A DNA stretch of 64,000 bases from Corallochytrium limacisporum Hawaii (lineage: Eukaryota > Protista > Pluriformea): NCBI GenBank assembly GCA_002811645.1, contig PDIP01000122.1, positions 96,098-160,097 of the forward strand. Direction: 5' to 3'. Below the pieces are notes generated by a model. It made no database searches. It had not been told where the DNA came from and worked only from the letters and a program-made list of their open reading frames with translations. This document shows, one piece after another, positions 1-10,610 of the stretch. Each line of letters starts with the position of its first letter. Position 1 is the stretch's first letter. A program made the translations under genes and the position numbers.

Positions 1-146
1 TCATCGCTCATGTTCCGGTGCCACAGGAAGGGCACCACGGCCAGCCGCGGTGATCCGCCTGAAGGGACGGTAGCACCCGCAGCATACTTCCTAGTGGCGA
101 GACCACGTCGGAACGTAGAGCGCGCTGCTAACCCAAATCGAAGCAT
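1..146 (-). CDS. 5' end of a gene running off the left edge; N-terminus looks like a mitochondrial targeting presequence
   Basis: ATG at 146 opens MLRFGLAARSTFRRGLATRKYAAGATVPSGGSPRLAVVPFLWHRNMSD... with no stop before the edge. It is Arg/Ala/Ser-rich with no acidic residue until the end. Not in the ORF track. Confidence 0.65.
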   Translation of the reverse strand, partial: MLRFGLAARSTFRRGLATRKYAAGATVPSGGSPRLAVVPFLWHRNMSD

Positions 147-1471
147 CGTATGTGTCTATGTGTATGTGAGGTGATTGCCTGCCTCGTTTGCAAAGTACAC
201 TATGAGTAGCCCATTCTCCCACTATCGCTTTTTTATAGAGGCTCTGTAGAATTAGCCTAGCGTATCCCCCGTTGCAATCACAATCGTTCTTCTTAGACTT
301 TGCAGTGATGTGAAGGCGGATGTTTCACAGGTTTCCCGTTTGAAATAGCCCGAAATGGCCAAAAGAAACACAAGCCGACCCGTAGACTTGAGGGCACCGC
401 CGAGACCCTCCCGCGGTTTTTAACCTTGCACAGCCTGCCGGCCGCTCGTCCCGCCCCATACTTTCACTACCGCCAGGAAAATTTCCCGGGTCAGCAACTG
501 CCTTCCTCGCTTCGTTTCGTCATTTGCATTGCACCAGCAAGTGATCTGCCATCGCTCTCCCCCGCCACCCCCCTCCTCCCGGGGGCCCCTTTCTCCCTGC
601 GTCCCCCAACCCCTGCCCCGCGCCGGGCTGTGTGGTGGACGCGGCACCGCACTGCCCATACTGGCCCCTCGGGTGGCAGGCGAGCCGCGCGCGTTTATGC
701 GCAAGAGGAAAACATGTCGTTTGGGAACTGTGGTGATTGCGCTGCATGAGGGTGGCACGCGTGCAGCGTGTGCTGTCTCGTCTCCAATTTTTGGTCAACT
801 TGGGCAAAGAATCAGTGTGTACATGGTCTATTTAAGACCATAACGCGTGGAACTGGACATGCAGACAGGCCTTGGGTCCTTGGGAGATGGAAAAGAAGTT
901 CTGTCTCCCCACGAGGGTGTCGCAGACCTTTCGTTAACTTGGTCTAACCGATCAAAATTTCAAGGCGTAAGTGTTACATGTGTGCGTAGTAATGTGGATG
1001 AATAGACGATTGGGCCGCTCGTGTGCTGGGGAAGCAGACTTCAGAGATGCTCTCTTTGACCAGGAAGATGATATCGCATATAAACCCAGCTCTTCGAGAG
1101 AACCAGTGAGATAAAGAATTGTATGCTCATAATTCTGACAAGCAAAATTGCAGATCAAACGAAAGCAATCTCCTTTCTGCATCCTTCCTTCATCAGCGTG
1201 TGCTATGCCATCTAGTCTACTTGTCTCTTTCTCTGAATTTGTCAACAGAAGCAACTAACATCCTTTAGCGACGTTTAATCTATTTCAACACACAGTCACG
1301 TCACATTGGTGAGCACAAATCGTAAGGGTCAATGAACTAAGTGTAAGTACACAAAATGTCCGAGCCACTGAAGGGATATTGCGGGCCTTGTCTCGCATGT
1401 AAGGGTAGTTAACGAGGACAAGGAAAGGGTCAACACATAGCGCCACAGCTCAGTCAGGGCTTTGTTGTTCT

Positions 1472-1499
1472 CTTATGAACGTTTTCGAACGTTCATAAG
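1472..1499. repeat. Perfect 12-bp inverted repeat with TTCG spacer; also a near-perfect heat-shock element
   Basis: CTTATGAACGTT-TTCG-AACGTTCATAAG; contains GAAcgTTTtcGAAcgTTC (alternating nGAAn/nTTCn, one mismatch). Confidence 0.7.
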
Positions 1500-1915
1500 C
1501 AACCAGTGAATCTCAGCCTGTTACCGCTGTGGCAAAGCAAAATCTGTTACTGTCTTGGCGGTGGCCTTTGGTTTTGGGATATTCTTTCCCGCCGATGGGT
1601 TCCAATTCCGCTGCAGTTCGACAGGTGTCCCGCTTGAGAGTTGGATCTCTGTGCTTTTGACCTGGGTGCGTCCCAGTGCATACAGCGATCCTTAGTTGCG
1701 GGATGAACAAATTTCCAATCCCTTTTTGATGTCAATCGTTTCTTTCTTCACTTCAGTGAAAACGGTGTATTCTCCCTTATGAACCGACAGACCAACTAAC
1801 ATACTTCTCAATCTTCCTCTTCCTCCTCATTGTAACGTACCAGGCAAACATATATGAATGTGTCCCGTACAAGCAGAATGTATAATACATCAAATTCTTT
1901 TAAACCAATTCTCGT

Positions 1916-2836
1916 CTAAACAATTCCTCCGGTGCCAATGGAAAAGTAGGCCATGTTGCCAATAGCCTGGCCCTTTCCACGGTCGAGGTAGTCGCAACGA
2001 ATTACTCGGCAATGTCTGCGATTCGTGTTCCGATCAACGGCCAGTCGCAGCGAAGAGTTGGTCATGTTGGCCCACGCCAGACCCAGAGTGGGTTTGGATC
2101 TGTAGCCGTACTCATCGCATCCGATTGTTGACACTATCGCAGAGACCTGGTTGGAGCAAACCACTACCAGGTTGTGTAGATGGGCATAAGCCTTCAGCTG
2201 GGAGGTGAGATTGTACAAGGCGATCGCTCTCGACCCGGTCTCGGTGCTGTCATAATCGCTGCGGAACAGAGCCGCAATACTGTCAATCACAATCAATCCG
2301 ACGTTATCCCCCTGTTGCGCAAGCAGTGCCGGGAATCTTATCTCCACGAAATGGATTAGCATATCCGAGTGTTGGAAGTTGAATATCATAGTTCTGTCAG
2401 TTATGTCTTCGATTGAGTCGAATGTGCGACCATCCTTGTCCTGTGCAGTGATTGCCTGCGCGCAAATCTGTCGGTACCGTTGACTCGGGAAGTTGCCACC
2501 CTCCGTCCCGACATAGATTACGGCCTTGCCACTTCGTAGGACACTCTGAGCACAGAGTTGGAGCATCAGTTGGGTCTTGCCAGCCCCTGATTCTCCAACG
2601 ACTTCGTGCAGAAGACCAGTAGCGAAACCCGGAAAGAGGGCGTCAATCGCTTCGCTGCCCGTGCGCAGGTAGGCAACGTTGACTGTCTTCGATCTCTCTC
2701 TTTCCCGCTCGAGCACCTGTGTAGCGATCTCCTTATGCCATTCTTTACGACGCTTCACCGCATCTCCATGGCTGCACTTCCATAGACGCATGCACTCCGA
2801 AATGCTCTGCGGCGGGGGTTGTTCAGCAGTCGGCAT
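1916..2836 (-). CDS. XRCC3: RAD51 paralog, XRCC3-like DNA repair protein
   Basis: Walker A GESGAGKTQ, TEGxxFPxQR, Walker B LIVIDSIAALFR, VVVCSNQV, PTLGLAWAN. Confidence 0.85.
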   Translation of the reverse strand: MPTAEQPPPQSISECMRLWKCSHGDAVKRRKEWHKEIATQVLERERERSKTVNVAYLRTGSEAIDALFPGFATGLLHEVVGESGAGKTQLMLQLCAQSVLRSGKAVIYVGTEGGNFPSQRYRQICAQAITAQDKDGRTFDSIEDITDRTMIFNFQHSDMLIHFVEIRFPALLAQQGDNVGLIVIDSIAALFRSDYDSTETGSRAIALYNLTSQLKAYAHLHNLVVVCSNQVSAIVSTIGCDEYGYRSKPTLGLAWANMTNSSLRLAVDRNTNRRHCRVIRCDYLDRGKGQAIGNMAYFSIGTGGIV

Positions 2837-3089
2837 CTTTTTCCCTGCCCTGGATCTTGTCCCTTCCCTCGGTCACGTTACATGCTTAGCCTTGACATTT
2901 CCTAACAATCGGTGTCCCATACTTGCTTATGGTCCCTTCACCGCAATGCATACCTCGTTCTGTTCAAAATAGCCTTGATTCACGACTGCTTGGTTTAGGC
3001 AAGGACCTTGTTCTTGGGGTCATAGATGCCTACCGTTCAAGTGAGACCTGAGCTCGGAGGGGTAAACGCAGCTTGTCCGTGGACGGATT

Positions 3090-3097
3090 TTTCGCGC
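3090..3097. promoter_or_regulatory. E2F-consensus site upstream of XRCC3
   Basis: TTTCGCGC matches TTTSSCGC, about 250 bp upstream of the ATG. Confidence 0.45.
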
Positions 3098-3229
3098 CAG
3101 TCAAATAGTATACTGACTTCCCTTATTTTATGGCTATAGACTATATTTAGTATACATTTTCTTTATTAATATATTCGGACTTCTACAAAATTTCGTAAAC
3201 CTTCAGCCTTGCCAACCCGTGGCATTCGT

Positions 3230-4441
3230 TTACTCGACCTTTGCGTGGCTGCTAAGACCATTGCTGTGAGGAGGATGATGATGATGATGCCCATTGATGG
3301 CAATCCCATTCGTCTTGATTAAAGGCACTTGCAGACCCTGTTGCTGGTACCGCGAACAATCCGGGCTTTCCTCATGCCCAACATCGTGACCACCCTTTGT
3401 GCCTCCTTGTTCGTCTTTCTGCGATGCTTCGAATACCATCTGGTTCATCTTGCTCACCTGCTTGCGCACTAACAGCAAGATCGTTACCACTGCAGCCGTC
3501 TGGATTGCAAACATGACATATGCGCGGGAGTCGATCGGCTTCTCCCCGGCAATCATCTCCGCAATACTTTCCATCTCCGTACCAACGAGAGTGAAGATTA
3601 CCTGGTTTGGGAACAGACCGAGCAACGATCCGAGAGCGTACTGTGGATACGGCACGCCCGACACGGCGTATAGCGTGTTCTGGATACCAAACGGGATTGG
3701 GCACATGCGAGCTACACAGACGACCCTGAAGGCATCGTCATGCAGTGCCGTACGCAGCATCTGGAGGTACGGCCGGTGCTCAATGATTGAATCGACATAG
3801 TTCTTAAAGAACGGACTGAAGACCCAGTATACACATGCCGTTGACAGATGAGCCGCAAAAACATTCAGGAAAAGGCCTTCCCACCACCCATACAGGAACC
3901 CCATGATCAGTTGCATTTGGGTGTATCCGACTGCGAAAGGTTGGCCGATGATGATGTACACAAACATCAGGAGCAGTTTACCCTTGAACCCCATGGCTTG
4001 TACGGCGTGCAATGACCCAACAATATCAATGTCGTCCCAGAACTCGTAGGCCACCGCAGCCAAAGCAAAGGCCGCTGAGTACTTAAGAGCGAGGGTCAAA
4101 CTGAACTTGTCCTTAGCCCCGCCACTTTCACTCCTGAAGCTCCGCGACACAGGACTGCGCGCCCGTGACATTCGTCGGCTGCTACCCCTCCGCGATAGGT
4201 TATTCTGTGATACTGATTCTCCGCCTTCGGCATGGTCTAGATGCGGAAGACTGTCGTGAATCGTAGTCAGACCTGAACTCCGTGACTGGAGGACCCGTTG
4301 CAAAGGGTCTGACTTCCGTGTTGGAGATTCCGGTATTTCACTAGTGTCATGCAACACGCAATCATTAATGCTTGAGATTTCCAAACTCCGCGTCGGCGAT
4401 AATAAATGCGAAGGCACTGACCTCCGTGTTGGTGACGCCAT
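3230..4441 (-). CDS. TVP38/TMEM64-family (VTT/DedA, SNARE-associated) membrane protein
   Basis: GFLYGWWEG, RMCPIPFGIQN, YALGSLLGLFP motifs; several TM helices; Ser/Arg-rich N-terminus and His-rich tail. Confidence 0.85.
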   Translation of the reverse strand: MASPTRRSVPSHLLSPTRSLEISSINDCVLHDTSEIPESPTRKSDPLQRVLQSRSSGLTTIHDSLPHLDHAEGGESVSQNNLSRRGSSRRMSRARSPVSRSFRSESGGAKDKFSLTLALKYSAAFALAAVAYEFWDDIDIVGSLHAVQAMGFKGKLLLMFVYIIIGQPFAVGYTQMQLIMGFLYGWWEGLFLNVFAAHLSTACVYWVFSPFFKNYVDSIIEHRPYLQMLRTALHDDAFRVVCVARMCPIPFGIQNTLYAVSGVPYPQYALGSLLGLFPNQVIFTLVGTEMESIAEMIAGEKPIDSRAYVMFAIQTAAVVTILLLVRKQVSKMNQMVFEASQKDEQGGTKGGHDVGHEESPDCSRYQQQGLQVPLIKTNGIAINGHHHHHPPHSNGLSSHAKVE

Positions 4442-5439
4442 GTTGCCAGGCCTTTCCGCTTCTCCTGGATTCGTCTACGATTTATCCTCACATAACCATA
4501 TATTGCAATCCCAAACCAGCGACATCCTGGTTTTCTATTCCCAAGGTCTTTTAACGAGTTCAATGTCACAAGCTATGATTCCAATCAGCATTATTCCTGT
4601 CGAGGGACAGCGACCTGGCCTATCAAAATACCTGCAACGGACCCAATCGCTGTGCACCGGGGTCCCCCATTCCAGCAAATCGTGGTAGGTCAAAGGTCCG
4701 TTGAATTTTCTTCTATAGTCAAAGGCAGGGGCGAGTTTCTCTAATTTTTCCGGAGCCCATCGGACAAGTAGAGACCGCAAAGCGCACAGAATGGACCCGG
4801 CTTTCCGCGTGATTTGTTCCTTCCCTCCGGACTGCTTAGAATTACCCGGACGATTTTTCTCAGTACTGAACCTACGTAAATGCGGTCGAATGGGACCTGA
4901 AACCAATGAGCTTTGCGTGGCTTGGCGCTCAGAGTCCATCTGCTGCCCTCTTGTTTTGACCAGCACCCGTCAACATGCTGAACTGCATACAACTCCATAA
5001 AAAGACACAAACATAGGAGAAATACGTTCTGGTTCTTCCTCCTGCCCAAAGCGGTGCGAGTTTCACCACAGTGGCCCGAAACCCTTGTAAACCCGCGCGG
5101 GTCATGGCGTACCAAACTCTTCGGAACGATGATGTGATGTAGGCCCCGTACGGTCGTGCCAATGGGATCATCACTAGGGAGAAAAGAGAAGGTGGGGGGA
5201 GGGGCGCCAGACAAAAAAACGTGGTACCGGAGAACCCCACCCCCTGTGCCTTTATGATATACCTTTTATAAGAATCTCTGAATATAAGGTACCGAGCAGG
5301 TATAAATTGAACCAGACCTGTTCCGTTCGGAACTTTATGTACATACACGCCTGGATATCTTCCGTATATCAATTGAGCCGGCACCGTACCTAAGTTCTGA
5401 GTTTCGAGAAATTTTACCATGGGTCAACCGAATATTGGT

Positions 5440-5449
5440 GGGGGGGGGG
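5440..5449. repeat. poly(dG:dC) tract G10 in a divergent promoter
   Basis: Direct sequence. Confidence 0.8.
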
Positions 5450-5896
5450 AGGGAATTTTTTCCAGTTTTCCTGATTCTTTGCTTGGTGGACCCATACGCT
5501 CAGTATCGGATAAGCTCCAGCTAGGCGATCGCGGGGGAGGTCCCATGGTCTTCCTTGCCAAGAGAAAGGGTATGGGCCCACCAGCGACGGCTCCGTACAA
5601 TTTCGGCCAGCATTTTTTTGCGCAGTACCAGCCAGCACCGGTGTCAGAGACCGTACTGTACGAAGAACGGAGGGTCCGAACAAAGGGGAGCCGGGTCCAC
5701 CCGTGCGCATCCGATTCGGTGCGTATTAATCGAGCTGTGATGCCAAAAGAAAATCCTGACGGTTAGCTTACTTCATGCACCCCACATGGATACAACATGA
5801 GGACTTATTTGTACTTCATCTTCAAGTTTACGCCATTTGTGTTTTGCCTGCGATTGCGGAAGAGGTATTTAAGGGAGTCCAGATTGATCCGACGCA

Positions 5897-6493
5897 ATGT
5901 CAGTGATGTCCGGGCTGTGTAACCTTAGCAAACAATTTCTGAGAATTCTTAATACTAATTCTGTACCTTCATTGGTTCGACCAACCGCGACTGCTACTTA
6001 CGCATTCCTTAACAATAATTACAACGTCAACAAACACAACCACCAGCAACAGATCAGAATGATGGGCAACAAAGCAAATACTCCCGGTGAGACGCCGATC
6101 GACACCGCCGAGTGGACCGACTCCGACTGGAAGAATCGCCTCACCAGTGCCGAATATCAAGTCCTCCGTTTGCACGGCACCGAACGCCCTGGCACCGGAA
6201 AGTATAACAAACACTATGAGAAGGGTACCTACTACTGCCGCGGGTGCGACGCACCCCTGTACAAGTCCGACACCAAGTTTGACTCTGGGTGCGGTTGGCC
6301 CGCTTTCTACGATGCCATCCCCGGAGCGCTAACGGTGAAAACCGACACGACAATGGGCATGGTCCGCACTGAAATTCGGTGCAAGAACTGCGACGGTCAT
6401 CTGGGCCATGTGTTCAAGGGAGAGGGATTCCAGACACCAACTGATGAGCGCCACTGTGTGAACTCTGTGTGCCTGAGCTTCAAGGACGAATGA
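5897..6493 (+). CDS. MSRB: Peptide methionine-R-sulfoxide reductase MsrB (Cys, Zn-binding type) with probable mitochondrial presequence
   Basis: GTERP, CRGC and CKNC zinc pairs, KFDSGCGWPAF, HLGHVF, RHCVNS; about 55-aa N-terminal extension lacking acidic residues. Confidence 0.95.
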   Translation: MSVMSGLCNLSKQFLRILNTNSVPSLVRPTATATYAFLNNNYNVNKHNHQQQIRMMGNKANTPGETPIDTAEWTDSDWKNRLTSAEYQVLRLHGTERPGTGKYNKHYEKGTYYCRGCDAPLYKSDTKFDSGCGWPAFYDAIPGALTVKTDTTMGMVRTEIRCKNCDGHLGHVFKGEGFQTPTDERHCVNSVCLSFKDE

Positions 6494-6586
6494 AGGCTTT
6501 AGACGAATAAGCAAATCTTATAGTAAAAGAAACTTCTTTAAAATTTGTAAATGAAACAATTCATGACGATGATGGCAGTGCTTCTA

Positions 6587-7975
6587 CTATTGTAGCAAAG
6601 CCAGGACATCACTGACCGCCTGGAATCCGAGGTCCACTTCTTTGGACTGGTTGTTATTCAGCCGTGGCTTTGCCTCCCCGCGGTGGTGCAGGAGATTAAA
6701 GAGCATTTGAAAAAGTCTCTCTCGCAGGAGCATGTTCAGACGATGCGGATCTACATGGCAGAGATAGTATGTTCGGGACGGTGCGTGATCGGCATACTTG
6801 CTGACTTCCTGCATGTCCAGAAACCCAGACGTGTAGAGGGTGTAGAGCCGTTCTTTGGTCTCCTTGTATGGCAACATGACGGCATCGCTGATCATTTTGG
6901 GCTCTCGAAAGCGATGACTGCAGATGTAATTGAAGATCCGGGCACTGGGCTGCCCGTGAATGTGCGCAATGTGCTTCTCCACAAGGGCCTGGCGCATAGA
7001 ATTCGTAAGCTGCTCAATGTGCAGCTCAAAGTGATCCGCCATGGAGCCTGTGAGCGACTTTATCCGATCGCAGCATGCCCCATTTAGAGCGATAATCGTA
7101 TTGAGGACACCGGTGATCTCTTTCGGTGTGTAGACGGCAGAATCCGGTAGGACACTCTGGAACTTGACACCTCCATCTACACGGACCTGTGGATTGTCCA
7201 CAATCTTTCGCGCGTTGGCGACTATGAGATCCATAATGAACCGACCACCTCGTTCCCCAAGCATGCTGGCCATGTAAGTTCCCACGGCCTTGGCCTGCAC
7301 AATGATGCGCACGACTTCGAAATTCACTGCAAAGTGTCGGCTGCGAGCCTGCTGCTGACGCTCCTCCATCAGTGCCTGCGATCGCTCCATCTCGGCCAGT
7401 TTCCGCTTCGCTGCCGAACTCCGGCCGCGGCCTGGGGTGTTGGGTTCCGATTTCGGTTCGTCCAAGTTCTGTTTTGCCACAACACCTTGCAACACGCCCA
7501 AATCCTTCAAATGTTCGAAACAGTCCAATACCTCGGTGTCAGTCTCCCAATGAATCAGTTTGGTGAGATCCTCGGATCGGAGGACCGCATGAACAGAAAA
7601 GGCCTTGAGAATTTCCACACTCACTTCGTCAACGAGACTAGCTAGCACCTCAATGTATCCCGGAAGCAAAATTTGGTTCATGGCCTGCGGAAGATCTACT
7701 TTGTAGGTAAGGTTTGGTCCCATCATCTTGTACTTGAAAGCCCCCATGTTTAGAAGCCGTAAGATCGCCCGTGAGATCTGCTGAGGGTTGTGTGCTCCAT
7801 GCAACTGCTCGATTCCGCGCTGAGTCAGATAGCTACGGCGGAGCACTGTCTTAAACACTGCCGCAGTTAAGGAACCGACGCGGTCCTTCAGTGCCTCGGT
7901 GACAAAGAACCGCGCATGCGGGCTGTCATTGACTGGCATGGCTGAGCCCAGTTGTTGCAAGATCATGGATGCCAT
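6587..7975 (-). CDS. POLR3C: RNA polymerase III subunit RPC3 (RPC62/Rpc82)
   Basis: C-terminal winged-helix segment ARIF...KETKERLY...LDMQEVSKYADHAPSRTYYL matches the POLR3C signature; N-terminal half is divergent. Confidence 0.85.
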   Translation of the reverse strand: MASMILQQLGSAMPVNDSPHARFFVTEALKDRVGSLTAAVFKTVLRRSYLTQRGIEQLHGAHNPQQISRAILRLLNMGAFKYKMMGPNLTYKVDLPQAMNQILLPGYIEVLASLVDEVSVEILKAFSVHAVLRSEDLTKLIHWETDTEVLDCFEHLKDLGVLQGVVAKQNLDEPKSEPNTPGRGRSSAAKRKLAEMERSQALMEERQQQARSRHFAVNFEVVRIIVQAKAVGTYMASMLGERGGRFIMDLIVANARKIVDNPQVRVDGGVKFQSVLPDSAVYTPKEITGVLNTIIALNGACCDRIKSLTGSMADHFELHIEQLTNSMRQALVEKHIAHIHGQPSARIFNYICSHRFREPKMISDAVMLPYKETKERLYTLYTSGFLDMQEVSKYADHAPSRTYYLCHVDPHRLNMLLRERLFQMLFNLLHHRGEAKPRLNNNQSKEVDLGFQAVSDVLALLQ

Positions 7976-8678
7976 TTTGATCCCCTAGTGATCAGTGGCT
8001 TGTCTATCTAACACCTGTTTCCTTGTTGACCCAACGTGCCTTTCTATTGCGATCTACATCGTCTTGCCCGCGGGGTCTCTGAACTCACTTGTCTGTCTCA
8101 ATTTTGGTTCTCACAGAGCAGTATGTTTAGTTTGTTCCAACTCCTTGAACGTTGAGACCGTCACTTCCTTACATAGCTCGGTGCTTCATATACACTGTGT
8201 CTTCTGGCTGTCTCCTCTTGTTCCTGACGAGCTACCCTGTCTCTCGGCCCAGCGTCGAGACCCACACTTCCCCACTTGTCACCGCGCGGTCGACCACCGA
8301 CCCCTGGCCCCCACAACCCCCCACCGGGGCAAGACTGACCTACCTGTGAGTTTTGGTCGCGCTGCTAAAAACTGATACCCTGTTTAAACATTCGAAACAA
8401 GAATTACTTAAAGAGACAACCAATTCAGTCCTCCCCTCTCGTCCTTCCCCAGCCGCACCCTGCCTGCCCCGCGACAGAAAACCCTTTTTCTCTCCTCCTT
8501 GTCACCGAGATTAGTTTCTTTACTTTTCACCTCTGGCTGGTGTATTTTCGCTGGTTTTCAAGTTTCCGACTTACTGTCTCAGGGGAGTGTTCCGTTGCAC
8601 CGGGCCCAACCACCTACACCTTCGACCCACAAAGAGTTCTTTATTGTCCATCGAACACGCCCAATTTCCTCCCTTGGT

Positions 8679-8696
8679 ACACACACACACACACAC
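8679..8696. repeat. (AC)9 microsatellite
   Basis: Direct sequence. Confidence 0.85.
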
Positions 8697-9231
8697 TGCA
8701 CTCGACAATACGCGTCCAGCGCCCGGCACCACTTTAGCGCAACTGATAACGCGCCCTCAGATTAGTGAAATCGATGGTAGCCAGTCCCACAAAGTCCTTA
8801 CATTGGCTATTAGGTGACTATGTCCCTGACGAGCAGATAGGAGAAAGACCTAAATTCCTAAGCTGCGTGAGCATCTGATACCGTTCTGTACCGCAGAACG
8901 TCTGAAGGCAGGGGGAACGTTGGGTAACGGGGAACAGTGCGCAGCCTCATCCGCTGATCTTACGAGTAGACAGGGCGTTGAGTAAGAGATCTTCCGGTTC
9001 AATTCGGGGTGTCTGCGATGGCACCACTATCGAGACTGTGATACCATGATGATAGAACAATTAGAAAGATGAAACAGCAGCGATGATGGTATATAAGGGA
9101 TCAAAACCAAAGTTAGAGTGTTGGCATGATAAGGTAGATTTTCGAAGCTGAGGGGATAAGGACGCGATCATAAAGAAGTGCAGCACACAACGCAACGTCA
9201 ATATGGACGCTTGCACACACAAAGAATAATT

Positions 9232-10485
9232 ATGAAACTCAGCACCGATAATATTAAGACTCTGCTCTATTTCCTGGCTGCCTTCCTGATCGGGTGCGGG
9301 GCGCCGATTCAGGGAGGACTTAATGCAGAGCTGGGTGATGCTCTGGGATCACCAATTCGGTCCACCCTGGTGAACTTCTTGGTTCCTTGGGTGCTTCTAC
9401 TGTTTATGTCCTTGTATGGGAACGGAAGACCGGATCCTCTGTACCTTTTTACCAGGGCGAATTGGAGTGAAACGGATCTAAATGTTGCCCAACCACGCAC
9501 TCGAAAAGATCCTGTAGGTTTCAGAGGATTCAAGCCCCGCCACGTCGAAGGAAAGCAAGACATTGAACGGACACACCCGTTCTTCGTTTATTCCGGTGGT
9601 CCGATTGGTTGGTGCTATGTCTTTGCTATGGTCCTAGCCACCGGCACCTTAGGCTTCAAGTTTACTTTTGTCTTGCTGGTCACGGGCACCCTAATCGCCA
9701 GCTCGCTGTATGACCACTTTGGAGTGCTGGGCATTCCGCAGCGGAAAATCAACAAAATCAGAGGAACAGGCTTGACTCTGGTCATTGCAGGCGCGACATT
9801 TACGGCGGTTGGTGAGTTTGGCGATGCAGAGTCAACGGACTACGCGATCGCAGTGTTGGCCCTTGCCGGTGGTGCTGTTCTGCCGTACCAAGGTCTCATC
9901 AACCGCCGGTCGACAAAATACTTAGTCAACCCGGTCCGGGGTACATTTCTGGTCTTCACGACCGGTACTATTGTGGCTACGATCGCAGCGGGCTTGACCT
10001 TTGCGGTAATTGATACTGAGCCGGAGTACAATGCTGATGAGTGGTACACATACCTCGCTGGTCTGCTTGGAATTCTCACAGTCTTTGGGGGCGTTTTCTT
10101 CAGCGCAAAGATCGGTGTTGCAGTATACTCAACATTGACCGTCTTGGGCCAACTGTTCATGAGCTTCGTGCTCGATCAGACAGGTTTACTCCGGGACGAA
10201 CCGGCACCGGCTAACACCCTCGAAATCGTTGGCTTGGTGGTGGCTTCAGTCGGCGCGATCGTCATGCAATTCGATGGCAATCACAGTGCCTACACTCGGC
10301 ACAAAGAGTCATTGCGTATGTCCGCGAACAGCCAGAAGGCTGTGCTGGCTTTGACTGCAGGGACTGAAACTGACGGAGAGCAATATTGGACGAGCAGTAT
10401 ATCCACTGGTACTACCCGTACGGAAGGATCTGACGATTTGTGTGATGGGATTGTGGAGGCGGTCGTGATAGTAGACCATTCTTAA
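9232..10485 (+). CDS. DMT-superfamily transporter with two tandem YdcZ (DUF606)-type repeats
   Basis: First in-frame ATG at 9232. Repeat 1: QGGLNAELG..GSP..GGPIG..GTLIASSLYDHFG. Repeat 2: QGLIN..AGLLG..GQLFMSFVLDQTG. About 10 TM helices. Confidence 0.8.
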   Translation: MKLSTDNIKTLLYFLAAFLIGCGAPIQGGLNAELGDALGSPIRSTLVNFLVPWVLLLFMSLYGNGRPDPLYLFTRANWSETDLNVAQPRTRKDPVGFRGFKPRHVEGKQDIERTHPFFVYSGGPIGWCYVFAMVLATGTLGFKFTFVLLVTGTLIASSLYDHFGVLGIPQRKINKIRGTGLTLVIAGATFTAVGEFGDAESTDYAIAVLALAGGAVLPYQGLINRRSTKYLVNPVRGTFLVFTTGTIVATIAAGLTFAVIDTEPEYNADEWYTYLAGLLGILTVFGGVFFSAKIGVAVYSTLTVLGQLFMSFVLDQTGLLRDEPAPANTLEIVGLVVASVGAIVMQFDGNHSAYTRHKESLRMSANSQKAVLALTAGTETDGEQYWTSSISTGTTRTEGSDDLCDGIVEAVVIVDHS

Positions 10486-10610
10486 GTTCAAAGTGGCTCA
10501 ATAGATATATAGGGTTCATGACATAGAATCGATTTCCTAGTTGCTTTCATGCCCACGCGAGCGACGCATAGAATCGGTCATCGCCAAGACGTAGAATCAT
10601 GCGCTTAAAG

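Noticed and set aside
859-1058. Short ATG ORF with a possible 39-nt GTAAGT...AG intron (967-1005)
   Set aside because: The spliced product still stops within about 18 codons and resembles nothing.
4535-5766. Several 100-160 aa ORFs in the TMEM64-MsrB spacer
   Set aside because: Mutually overlapping, no domain signal, and they cross promoter-type G tracts.
5897-6493. Selenoprotein MsrB
   Set aside because: Catalytic residue is Cys (RHCVNS) with no in-frame TGA.
8966-9016. tRNA-like fragment (GTAGACA/TGTCTGC stem with GGTTCAATTC B-box-like loop)
   Set aside because: Only 51 nt, with no D or anticodon arms and an imperfect T-stem; likely chance.
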